A DNA stretch of 64,000 nt from positions 124,001 through 188,000 of the forward strand of contig OZ037843.1 of assembly GCA_964035575.1 (NCBI GenBank). Direction: 5' to 3'. Of this stretch, positions 33,601-43,863 are shown piece after piece. The notes under the pieces are model-generated. The model worked only from the letters and a program-made list of their open reading frames with translations. It ran no database searches and had not been told where the DNA came from. Position 1 is the first letter of the stretch. Each line of letters begins with the position of its first letter. The stretch is from Rhynchopus sp. YZ270_cl-10 (Eukaryota). A program made the position numbers and the translations under genes.

Positions 33601-36600
33601 GTCGACGCACTCCTGGCCGAGCGCAGTGCAGATGTTGCCAGCGCCCTTGTCCGCGCAGGTGTCACACTTCGTCACACACTCGTCCACAATGCACTTCATG
33701 ACGTAGGCACCCACCTGTGTCGATCCTCCGATCTTGCACTTGCAGTACCAGTCGTTCGTCACAGACTGGCTAGGGTCCACGCAGTCCTGGTCCGCTCCGG
33801 TGCAGACGTTGCCGCTGCCTGTGTCCGCACAGGTAGCACACACTGCGGCGCACTCGTTGAGCGTGCACACTGCTGCGGGGCCCTGGACAGCGCTGCCCGA
33901 GGAAGGGGGCGGGCACTGGCAGGTCCAGTCGTTCTTGCTAGCGAGGGTTGGTGTCGGGTCGACGCAGGTCTGAGTTGCGTCGGTGCACTTCTTTGTGTTG
34001 GCTGCGTCAGAGCACTCGTCGTACACACACTCCGCCACGACGGCAGTGGTGCGTGTCGTGGTCGAGGGCGCGGCACACACACACATCCAGTTGGAGAGGC
34101 TCGTGGCGCTTGTGTCCGGGTCCGTGCAGGTCTGGCCTGCGGCGGTGCAGACGTCTGCCTCACATGACGGGCAGGTGGCGACACACTCGTCGATCAGACA
34201 CACTGCCGCAGCACCCTTCACTGGTGTGCCCGTAGAAGGTGCCTTGCAGGCGCATTCCCAGTTCCCGTTGGTGGTCGTGTCCGTGTCGACGCAGTCCTGG
34301 TCGTGGAGTTTGCAGAGGTCGGCCTCGCAGGAGGGGCACGTCGCCAGACACTCGTCCATGATGCACGTTGCGGGTGCGCCAACAACGGGCACGCCTGCGT
34401 AGGGTGCGATGCAGGCGCATTCGTACTCGGTGGCAGACTTCTGCACGCAGTGCTGCTTCGCCTGTGCGCACTTCACATCGCCGCCCTGGTCAACACACAC
34501 GTCCGGTGGCGTGCACGTGGCCGCCGCCTGCATACCAGCAACACCAGTGTCGGGAGCAATGCACTCGCAGATCCAGTTGTTCGGGGTGGTCGTGTCCGTG
34601 TCCTTGCACGTCTGCCCCGCCACGTCGCAGATTGTGTTCTCCTTGCACTCATCGTCGGTGCAGGTGGCAGGTCCGCCTGCCTGCGAGCCGACCGTGGGCG
34701 GCTGGCACTCGCAGAACCAGTTGCCGCTGGTGAGCTGGTCGGGGTCGACGCACACCTGGCCCGCAGCACACTTAGAGCCGTGCTCGACACACTCGTCCTT
34801 CGCGCACACAGCCGCGTTCGCCTGTGCCGTGGTGGTCGAAGGCGGGGGGCACTTGCACATCCAGTCGCCGAGCTTCGAGATCCCGGTGTCAGGGTCCTCA
34901 CAGGTCTGTCCGTTCTTGGCACAGAGGCCCTGTGCGCAAGTCGGGCACGTTGCAACGCACTCATCGATGGTGCAGACGGCAGCACCACCACGTCCCCCAG
35001 TCGTCGTGGCCGGGGCTGTGCAGACGCACATCCAGTCGTCAAGGCTGGAGGTGTCCGGGGTAGGGTCTGTGCAGGTCTGTCCGGCAGAGGTGCAGACATC
35101 GACTCCGTTGACCTGTGCGCAGGTGGGGCAGGTCTCCTCGCACTCGTTGAGCGGGCACACGGCAGGGCCGCCTGTGGTAGGGGTGCCGCCAGTGACACAC
35201 TCGCACACCCAGTTGTTGTCGGTCGTCTTGTCCGCATCCTTGCAGATCTGGTTCGCTGCGGTGCAGACTGCTCCGTGCTCAGTGCACTCATCCTTCTCGC
35301 AGGTCGTCACCGGTGCCTGCTGCGCAGTGCCAGTCATCGGCGCGACACACTTGCACACCCAGTTGTTCGTGACAAGGTTGTCCGGGTCTTCGCAGATCTG
35401 GCCCTTGTCAGTGCACACGTTGTTCACATCGCTCGGCACGCCTGGAATGGGGTCGCGAATAATCTTTGCACCGCCGTCGGCAGGGATCGTGCCCGCAGCA
35501 GAGCAGAAGTTGCGCCTCGCTGTGCAGCCCTTCTTCGTGTTGTAGTCGTTCACTGCCAAGTAGCACCAGTCGCCTGAGGGGTGAGACTCAGGGTTGCAGC
35601 ACCCAGCCTTGCATTCCTCGGTGGATCCAGGGCCCGGGGGCATGACAATGACGTTCCCGTTGCCGTCCTTGAAGGTGGCCGTCCAGTCGCATGCACACTG
35701 GCAACCGTCTGATGTGTAACGTGGCACGTGGGTGCAGGTGACAGCGTCGGAGAGCTCCTCACACTCGTTCTTGCCGTCGATGCACTGCGCCACAGCAGCA
35801 GAGGTGGCGAACTTGGCGCTAGTCTTGCATGTGCACGTCCAGGTGCCCAGGTCCGTCGCAGTGGTGACAGGGTCGTGGCACACCTGGTCAGCGGCCTCGC
35901 AGACGTTCGCAGAGGCCATGTCGGTCTTGGCACAGCTCGGGCACACGGCAACGCACTCATCGAGGTTGCACGGGACAACGGCGCCGAGCTTCTGGGATCC
36001 GGTCTGTGGCGCGACGCACTGGCACTCCCAGTCGTCGAGGGTCGTCGTGCTGGGGTCGACGCAGACCTGCGACACATCCTCGCACTTCTGCTTGTTCACC
36101 GCCAGGGTGCACTCATTGACCTCGCAGGTGGCAACGCCGCCAACCTTGACAGTGGTGGACGGTGATGCGCATTCGCACTGCCAGTTGTTCGGTGTCGTCT
36201 GGTCCGTGTCCACACACACCTGCGACGCAGCGTCGCACACAGCGCCGTTCGCGATACACTCGTTCTCCGTGCACGTCGCCACACCGGTGAGCATGCGCCC
36301 CACCTTCGGGTCCACACAGACGCACTCCCAGTCACCGCTGACAGAGGTGCTGGGCTCGACACAGGTCTGTCCCGCACCGTCGCACACGTTGCCCTTCATG
36401 TCGTCCTTGTCGGCGCAGGTGGGGCACTTCACCTGGCACTCGTCCAGGGTGCAGTCCGCAGCGGCAATGGTGTTCTGGCCGGAGAACGGCAGGCGGCACT
36501 TGCAGACCCAGTTGCCGAGGCTGAGGGCGTCGGTGTTCGGGTCCTCACAGTCCTGGTTGGCGGCAGTGCAGACGTTGTCCGACATGGCGTCCTTCTTGGC

Positions 36601-39600
36601 ACAGGTCGCGCACGTCACAGTGCACTCGTCGATCGCGCACTCCGCAGCGGCGTTGGTGCCCACCTTGGTCTGTGTGGCCGGTGCAATGCACTCACACTCG
36701 AACTGGTTGTCGAGCGGGAGTACCGTGTCCTTGCAGGACTGTCCTGCCGCCTCGCACGTCTTGCCGTTCACCTCGCAGTCACCTGGTGGGTCTGTGCAGA
36801 CGGCCACGCCGAGTTTCACGGTGGTACCCATCTGGGGGGCGATGCACTCGCACTGCCACGTGTCAGGCGCGTTCAGGTCGGTGTCGACGCACAGCTGTCC
36901 CTTCATCTTGCACACCACGTCCTGCTCTGTGCACTCGTTGTGGCTGCAGTCCGCCACCGCCATAGTCGCAGACACAGAGCTGCGGGGAGCAGGGCACACG
37001 CACTCCCAGTTCCCGGTTGTGGAGGTGTCAGGGTCACGGCAGGTCTGCATTGCACCAGTACACGTATCCTTGTTCGGTGGAGTGCCCTCCTCGCACTCGT
37101 CCAGCGCGCACACAGCAACCTGCTGCGGGCCCGTACCCGTCTTCGGTGCCACACACTTGCACACCCAGTCACCGTCGACAGTCTGGTCAGGGTCCTCGCA
37201 GATCTGCTCGGCATCAGTGCAAATGTTGTTCTGGCTGTCGGGGATGCCAGGGATAGTTGCCCTTGGCGGCACACCACCAGTGGCAGGCACAGCTCCAGCA
37301 GCAAGACAGGTTTCGCGAGATGTGCTGCACCCACGCTGGGTGTTGAAGTCGTTACGTGCCGGGTAGCACCAGTCTCCAGCTGCCTCGGAGTTCGGGTTGC
37401 AGCATCCTCCTGCACACGGGGTGGTGGATCCCGGACCGTCAGGGTACACAATCACCATCCCGTTGAAGTCCTTGAAGGTGGCAATCCAGTCGCATGCACA
37501 CTGGCATCCGCTTGCAGTGTAACGAGGCACGTGGTTGCAGGTGACAGCGTCGGAGATCTCCTCACACTCGTTCTTAGTCGGGGGAGGGGGCACGTCAGTG
37601 GCAGGTGCGTCGGTGGGCACGGCTGTTGGTGCTGCTGTGTCAGGTGGGTTTGTGGCAGGTGCGTCGGTGGCAGGTGGGTTTGTCGGTGCTGCCGTGGGCG
37701 GTGCACCGCACACAGCAACCTGCTGCTGTCCGGGGGTTCCGACCTTCGGTGCCACACACTTGCACACCCAGTTGTCATCTGTTGTCAGGTCAGGGTCCTC
37801 GCAGATCTGCTCGGCATCAGTGCAAATGTTGTTCTGGGTGTCGGGGATGCCAGGGATAGTTGCCCTTGGCGGCACACCACCAGTGGCAGGCACAGCTCCA
37901 GCAGCAAGACAGGTTTCACGAGATGTGCTGCACCCACGCTGCGTGTTGAAGTCGTTTGCTGCCAGGTAGCACCAGTCTCCAGTTGCTTCGGAGTTCGGGT
38001 TGCAGCATCCTCCTGCACACGGGGTGGTGGATCCCGGACCGTCAGGGTACACAATCACCATCCCGTTGCCGTCCTTGAAGGTGGCAATCCAATCGCATGC
38101 ACACTGGCATCCGCTTGCAGTGTAACGAGGCTTGTGGTTGCAGGTGACAGCACTCGAGATCTCCTCACACTCGTTCTTCGTAGCAGGAGGAGGAACGTTC
38201 GTTGCAGGTGCGTCTGTCGGTGCAAGGGTCACGTCCACGCAAGTCGCCAGTGCCTGCTGTCCAGGTGTGCCGGTCTTGGGAGCGACACAGGTACACTGCC
38301 AGTCATTATCAGTCATGTTGTCAGGGTCAACACAGATCTGTCCTCCGTCAGTGCAAATGTTGTTCTGGCTGTCGGGGATGCCAGGGACAGTGGGACGTGG
38401 TGTGACACCACCAGTGGCAGGCACAGCTCCGGCAGCAAGACAGGTTTCGCGAGATGTGCTGCACCCACGCTGAGTGTTGAAGTCGTTACGTGCCGGGTAG
38501 CACCAGTCTCCACCTGCCTCGGAGTTCGGGTTGCAGCATCCTCCTGCACACGGGGTGGTGGATCCCGGACCGTCAGGGAGGACAATCACCATCATGGTCT
38601 GGGAGTCCTTGAAGGTGGCAATCCAGTCGCATGCACACTGGCATCCGCTTGCAGTGTAACGAGGCTTGTGGTTGCAGGTGACGGCAGCCGAGATCTCCTC
38701 ACACTCGTTCTTTCCTGGTGGAGGGGGGGCGTTTGTGGCAGGTGCATCAGTGGCAGGTGCGTCTGTCGGTGCAATGGTTACGTCCACGCAAGTCGCCAGT
38801 GCCTGCTGTCCAGGTGTGCCGGTCTTGGGAGAGACACACTGACACTGCCAGTCATTATCAGTCATGCTGTTAGGGTCAACACAGATCTGTCCTCCGTCAG
38901 TGCAAATGTTGTTCTGGCTGTCGGGGATGCCAGGGATAGTGGGACGTGGTGTGACACCACCAGTGGCAGGCACAGCTCCAGCAGCAAGACAGGTTTCACG
39001 TGCAGTGCTGCACCCACGCTGAGTGTTGAAGTCGTTTGCCGCCGGGTAGCACCAGTCTCCACCTGCCTCGGAGTTCGGGTTGCAGCATCCTCCTGCACAC
39101 GGGGTGGTGGATCCCGGACCGTCAGGGAGGACAATCACCATCATGGTCTGGGAATCCTTGAAGGTGGCAATCCAGTCGCATGCACACTGGCATCCGCTTG
39201 CAGTGTAACGAGGCTTGTGGTTGCAGGTGACAGCACTCGAGATCTCCTCACACTCGTTCTTTCCAGTCGGCGGGGGAACGTTCGTTGCAGGTGCGTCTGT
39301 CGGTGCAATGGTTGTGGCCACGCAAGTCGCCAGTGCCTGCTGTCCAGGTGTGCCGGTCTTGGGAGAGACACACTGACACTGCCAGTCATTATCAGTCATG
39401 TTGTTAGGGTCAACACAGATCTGTCCTCCGTCAGTGCAAATGTTGTTCTGGCTGTCGGGGATGCCAGGGATAGTGGCACGTGGTGTGACACCACCAGTGG
39501 CGGGCACAGCTCCGGCAGCAAGACAGGTTTCACGTGCAGTGCTGCACCCACGCTGAGTGTTGAAATCGTTTGCTGCCGGGTAGCACCAGTCTCCACCTGC

Positions 39601-40380
39601 CTCGGAGTTCGGGTTGCAGCATCCTCCTGCACACGGGGTGGTGGATCCCGGACCGTCAGGGAGGACAATCACCATCATGGTCTGGGAGTCCTTGAAGGTG
39701 GCAATCCAGTCGCATGCACACTGGCATCCGCTTGCAGTGTAACGAGGCTTGTGGTTGCAGGTGACGGCAGCCGAGATCTCCTCACACTCGTTCTTTCCAG
39801 TCGGCGGGGGAACGTTCGTTGCAGGTGCGTCGGTCGGTGCAATGGTTGTGGCCACGCAAGTCGCCAGTGCCTGCTGTCCAGGTGTGCCGGTCTTGGGAGA
39901 GACACACTGACACTGCCAGTCTTCTGTCGAGACTGTGTTGGGGTCCACGCACAGCTGCCCTCCGTCAGTGCAGACGTTGTTCTGGTCGCTGGGAACGCCG
40001 GGAATAGCAGCACGTGGTGTGACACCACCAGTGGCGGGCACAGCTCCGGCAGCAAGACAGGTTTCACGTGCAGTGCCACACCCACGCTGAGTGTTGAAGT
40101 CGTTTGCTGCCGGGTAGCACCAGTCTCCACCTGCCTCGGAGTTCGGGTTGCAGCATCCTGGTTTACACGGGGTGGTGGATCCCGGACCGTCAGGGAGGAC
40201 AATCACCATCATGGTCTGGGAGTCCTTGAAGGTGGCAATCCAGTCGCATGCACACTGGCATCCGCTTGCGGTGTAACGTGGGATGTGGTCACACGTGACG
40301 GCACTCGAGATCTCAAGGCACTCATCAATTCCGTTGACAAGCGCACTCCCTAGCAGAAGCACGGCCGCCCGCAGAATCAT
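24675..40380 (-). CDS. Giant Cys-rich type-I membrane protein, copy 1 (~5,138 aa; EGF-like and kringle-like repeats); exons 40380-26100, 25942-25592, 25544-25327, 25241-24675
   Basis: Signal peptide MILRAAVLLLGSALVNG; repeats DEC-x-C-x-GQxCxDP-x-DWxCxC-x-C. Three GT-AG introns join the ORF fragments in frame (exon sum 15,417 nt). C-terminal TM CILCWLLPLLLLLCCCCLLLAFLLC is followed by KRR and an acidic tail. Confidence 0.9.
25242..25326 (-). other. Intron 3 (85 bp, phase 0) of giant gene copy 1
   Basis: CAG|GTATTG...CCCCACAG|TGC restores AGQQ-CIDSDK. Confidence 0.88.
25545..25591 (-). other. Intron 2 (47 bp, phase 1) of giant gene copy 1
   Basis: TGCA|GTATGT...CCTACAG|TT restores RATC-I-VDEC. 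Confidence 0.88.
25943..26099 (-). other. Intron 1 (157 bp, phase 1) of giant gene copy 1
   Basis: TGCA|GTATGT...CCCCACAG|AC restores AVC-N-PVGEC. Confidence 0.88.
37090..40330 (-). repeat. Six near-identical ~534-bp coding modules (~178 aa) at the N-terminus of copy 1
   Basis: Recurrent ECEEISxAVTCxHxPRYTASGCQCACDW...CCNPNSEAGGDWCY... separated by Pro/Thr/Ala linkers. Confidence 0.95.
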
Positions 40381-41648
40381 CTTAGCGAACCTGTGTCCTG
40401 TGTCGCTAATCTTGAAGGCTTTTGAAGCAGCGGTTTGTAGCAAGGAAACGCGCTGTGTCAGAAGGGTGGGTAGTATGTAGTATGTGTGTTGCTGTGGTGT
40501 GGTGTGGTCATGCAATGGGGTGGTGGGTGGTGGGTGACGGGTGGTGGGAAGCAATAATAAGAACAAATGAGCAAAGCTACAAGGAAAGAGGAAAGGATAC
40601 GGAGACATTGGGTATGCCGTGTGGGGTCTGTCAGTACAGGTGCAAACGAACAGGAGAACGTGTCTCGAGCAGATAATATACTCAGGCGCGCAAAAACGCC
40701 TCTCTGCACCAGAGCAAAACCTTGTAAAAGATGCACCTGGTGTCTGTGTCTCTCTGCCAAAGATGGAGAGACAACCTTTTTTGTAAACAGCGTAACAAAA
40801 AAAAATAAAACTGTGGTACTCCTGAAAACCCCATTTTGCGTACTTTTTGCGTTGTTGCGTACTTGGTATTTTAATTTCTGGAGTACCAAAAACATGTAAG
40901 CACATGCCACAAGGCAGAAGTCCACCAGCCATCAAGCACCAGCCATCCTATGCACAACACCCTCTAGGCAGCAGCTCAATGCTAACAGCCCTTGACCTGG
41001 GTGGCACCGAGCAAAGCTGTCAGCCTTCCGCACACCACTGTCGCCTGCCACCGCTACAGCCTTGTTGTACTCCCAGTGTGCAGGCGTGGATAGGTGGGGC
41101 ATATTGTTGCTGTGCGTTTTCTCATCATTCATCTTTCGATTATTTCGTGGGGTGTGTGCTATTTTGATGCCGGCGTCTGCGGCGTTTGCACTTTTGTTTG
41201 TCTTTATTTTGTGTGATGTCGTGCACCGCTTTTCAGGCTGATGAGCACCGAACCACTGCACAACAACGATGCAGTCAAACGGCTTCGCGACGTGCGTTGA
41301 AACGCCTCGTGGGGTCTACAGTGGGTCACTATTCTTTCCAAAGTTTCCAAGGGATCTTTTCCTATATTGCGTTCTTTCACTTAAAAGCTTCACGAAGGCG
41401 ACAACAAAGCGCCACCCCATTGCTGAAAAAAGAGACACACAGGACTTTGCGTTCTCTCTCTTTCACGTGCACCATTGTATCCCAGGTGAAACATAGTTTT
41501 GTATCACAGGTTGTATCCAAAAAAATGCATTGTGCGGGTATAGTCAAGGTTCTTTTTCCAGTGTATGGGGGTCAGGGGGCGTTTGCATTTTCAACATTTG
41601 TGGCAGTGTGTGTTGCACGCTGTCGATTTATTAGTGACCATGTTTCGA

Positions 41649-41969
41649 TCACCCCCGCCTTTTTGAGGTGACAGCCGTGAAGCCGCTGCCCTCCACAGCA
41701 CTGATGTCAGCCCCAGCCGCAAGCAGCGCGCGCACTGTGCGTACGTGGCCGTTCCACGCAGCCATGTGCAGTGCCGTGCCAGCCTCGTTCTGCCGGTCGA
41801 TGCCTGCACGGTACGGGTAGTGCGCGTCCCTCTCGTGTGTGCAAAGGAGCGCTACCACGTCGTCCACACGGCCAGCCTCGGAAGCATGGATCAAAGCGTT
41901 GTCGCTAAGGCTGTTGCGGGAGGAGCAAGAGGAGAAGGAGGAGGTGGTGGTGGGGGAGGGGTGCAACAT
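41649..41969 (-). CDS. Short or truncated ankyrin-repeat protein (106 aa)
   Basis: ALIHASEAGRVDDVVALL and GTALHMAAWNGHVRTVRALLAAGADI are ankyrin consensus motifs. ATG at 41969 follows a CAG acceptor-like site. The ORF stops at the start of a third repeat (GFTAV). Confidence 0.7.
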   Translation of the reverse strand: MLHPSPTTTSSFSSCSSRNSLSDNALIHASEAGRVDDVVALLCTHERDAHYPYRAGIDRQNEAGTALHMAAWNGHVRTVRALLAAGADISAVEGSGFTAVTSKRRG

Positions 41970-43471
41970 AGTTGCGTTGCCTGTTGCAGTGGTGTGGTGA
42001 GGATGTGCGAGGCAGAAGGTGGAGGGGCAGATGGAATTAAAAAAAAGTGCGTTATTTGAGCTGGAATCGACAACGTATGTAAGGGGGGGGGCCCAGAACA
42101 CAAAAATGATGGGACGCTGGACACACACGCGCATGTGGGGACTGAGACACATTCCCTGACTAACCCACACAGGGAAAGAAAATGAGAAGAAGTGAGCAAA
42201 ATTTGCAACCTGGCCTTTGTGTACTACCGGGGGTGGGGATTTGTGTCATACAAAGTTCCCCCACAGACCCAGGACGCTGCCACTCTTGTGTTTTGTACGC
42301 AAACCAAGTTTGCGTACAAAAAACAAGAAATTGCTATCGAATAAAAACTGCAGTTGTTGGTGCAGGCACCTCCGACTGACACCTGTACGTTTTATTTCCC
42401 AACCCAACAACAACAATAAAGCGTGAAGACAATAAATAAAATCAAAGCGGAATAAATTTGAGGTTTTGTGAGGCACTCAACGAGTGTGCCGGCTCTGTGG
42501 CGTCACGGAGACACCAACACTCCCCAGTCATTTTTCCTGCGCTTCCAGGAAAACTCGCGTTTGCGACCAGGCCGAAACGAAAAAATTTAATTCACAGCAA
42601 ACAGGTGTGAGGGAGAAGAAAAGAAAGTGAACAAAAACAAAAAAACAATGTTTTTCTGAAATGTGATGTTGTTGGGGTGGGGAGAATAAAACAGTTCCAA
42701 GAAAAGCTCCTGTGTCGGTTATCTTTTGGTTAGAAAAAAAAAAAAAACGGGAGTACCGAAAGTACAGAAGCAAAAACAAAGTACAAAAAAAAAGTTTGTA
42801 AATTGCGGAAGACGCAAAACAAACTCGCGAACTAAAAAAAGATTCTTTTCTGCGAAGTGGTGGTAATGGGGAGAATAAAACATTACGAAAAAAACCTCCA
42901 CTCTCATTTCGCAAGCTTCATTTCCGTTTTGGTTTTCTCCTCACATTTCAAAAAAATATGCTATCATGGTGCTTTCGGAAGTCGGTCAACGACCTGTCAG
43001 CGACGTGTCAATATCAGGGGGGTGTGTATAGAGTCCCTGTGTCAGCGACCTGTCAATATCGACCCCTCCCGGAGCACCGGATCATTTTTTTTTTTTTCTT
43101 CCCCGTTTGGGGGAATGCACTGGACCAGAACAATGGGGGGGGAAGACATAAGAGGAGTGGCTGCGCGCAAAAAAGAAGAAAAAAAAAAATAAAACAGGGA
43201 AGTGGAGAAGTGGATGATTGGGCTAAGGGGGAAGATGTGGGAGAGTAGAGGGGGAGGGAAACAATCGGAGGAATGGATTCGTTCTCCTTTTGTTTGTGCG
43301 TAAAGTGTGCAATAAATATTCTGTGGTGATATTTTATTACTGCAGTACGCTCCCACTGACTACCTGGGCAGTGAAGAGGAACCCTCTTTGAGGCCAAAAA
43401 AAAATACAACCAAAAGACAAAATAGCTGAAAATAAAAGACCAATAATAGATAACTACGAAGCCCTCCTTAG

Positions 43472-43636
43472 GCATACGTAGAAGGTGAATACATATCCGC
43501 CCTATATTCGGATTCGAATATAGGGCGAACACTGTGTTCCGTGTATTCCGTATTCGGGTGTATTCAGATCAATATTCGCCCTATATTCGGATTCGAAATA
43601 AATAGGGCGAATACGAAATTCGCCTTCTAGGCATGC
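43472..43636. mobile_element. 165-bp palindromic MITE, present in units 2 and 3, absent in unit 1
   Basis: 19-bp imperfect TIR GCATACGTAGAAGGTGAAT/ATTCGCCTTCTAGGCATGC, TTAG duplicated on both sides; empty site CCTTAGGGACG at ~24469. Confidence 0.88.
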
Positions 43637-43863
43637 TTAGGGACGAAGACGGGACCCGATCTCACACGTTTGAAAAAATCCGAGAAGAAAAAAAAAGAGA
43701 GAGAGAGAGAAGAAAGTGAAGTTATTAATGCAGAAGAAAACGTTAGATGAACAGACATCTTGCAAAATGCTTATAGAGATTTTTTTTAAATCACCGGTTT
43801 GCCTTTTTTTCTTCTCTCTCTCTCTCTCTTATTGTTCTGAAATAACCCCCAAAAAAAAATGTC

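Noticed and set aside
36940..40353. 1137-aa and 1315-aa plus-strand ORFs and many other overlapping ORFs within the giant genes
   Set aside because: Antisense or shadow frames kept open by the codon bias and repetition of the real CDS; no recognisable domains
40381..40935. 185-aa N-terminal extension of the 5034/5212-aa ORFs
   Set aside because: Low-complexity, UTR-like sequence; the Met at 40380 (60103 in copy 2) begins a clear signal peptide
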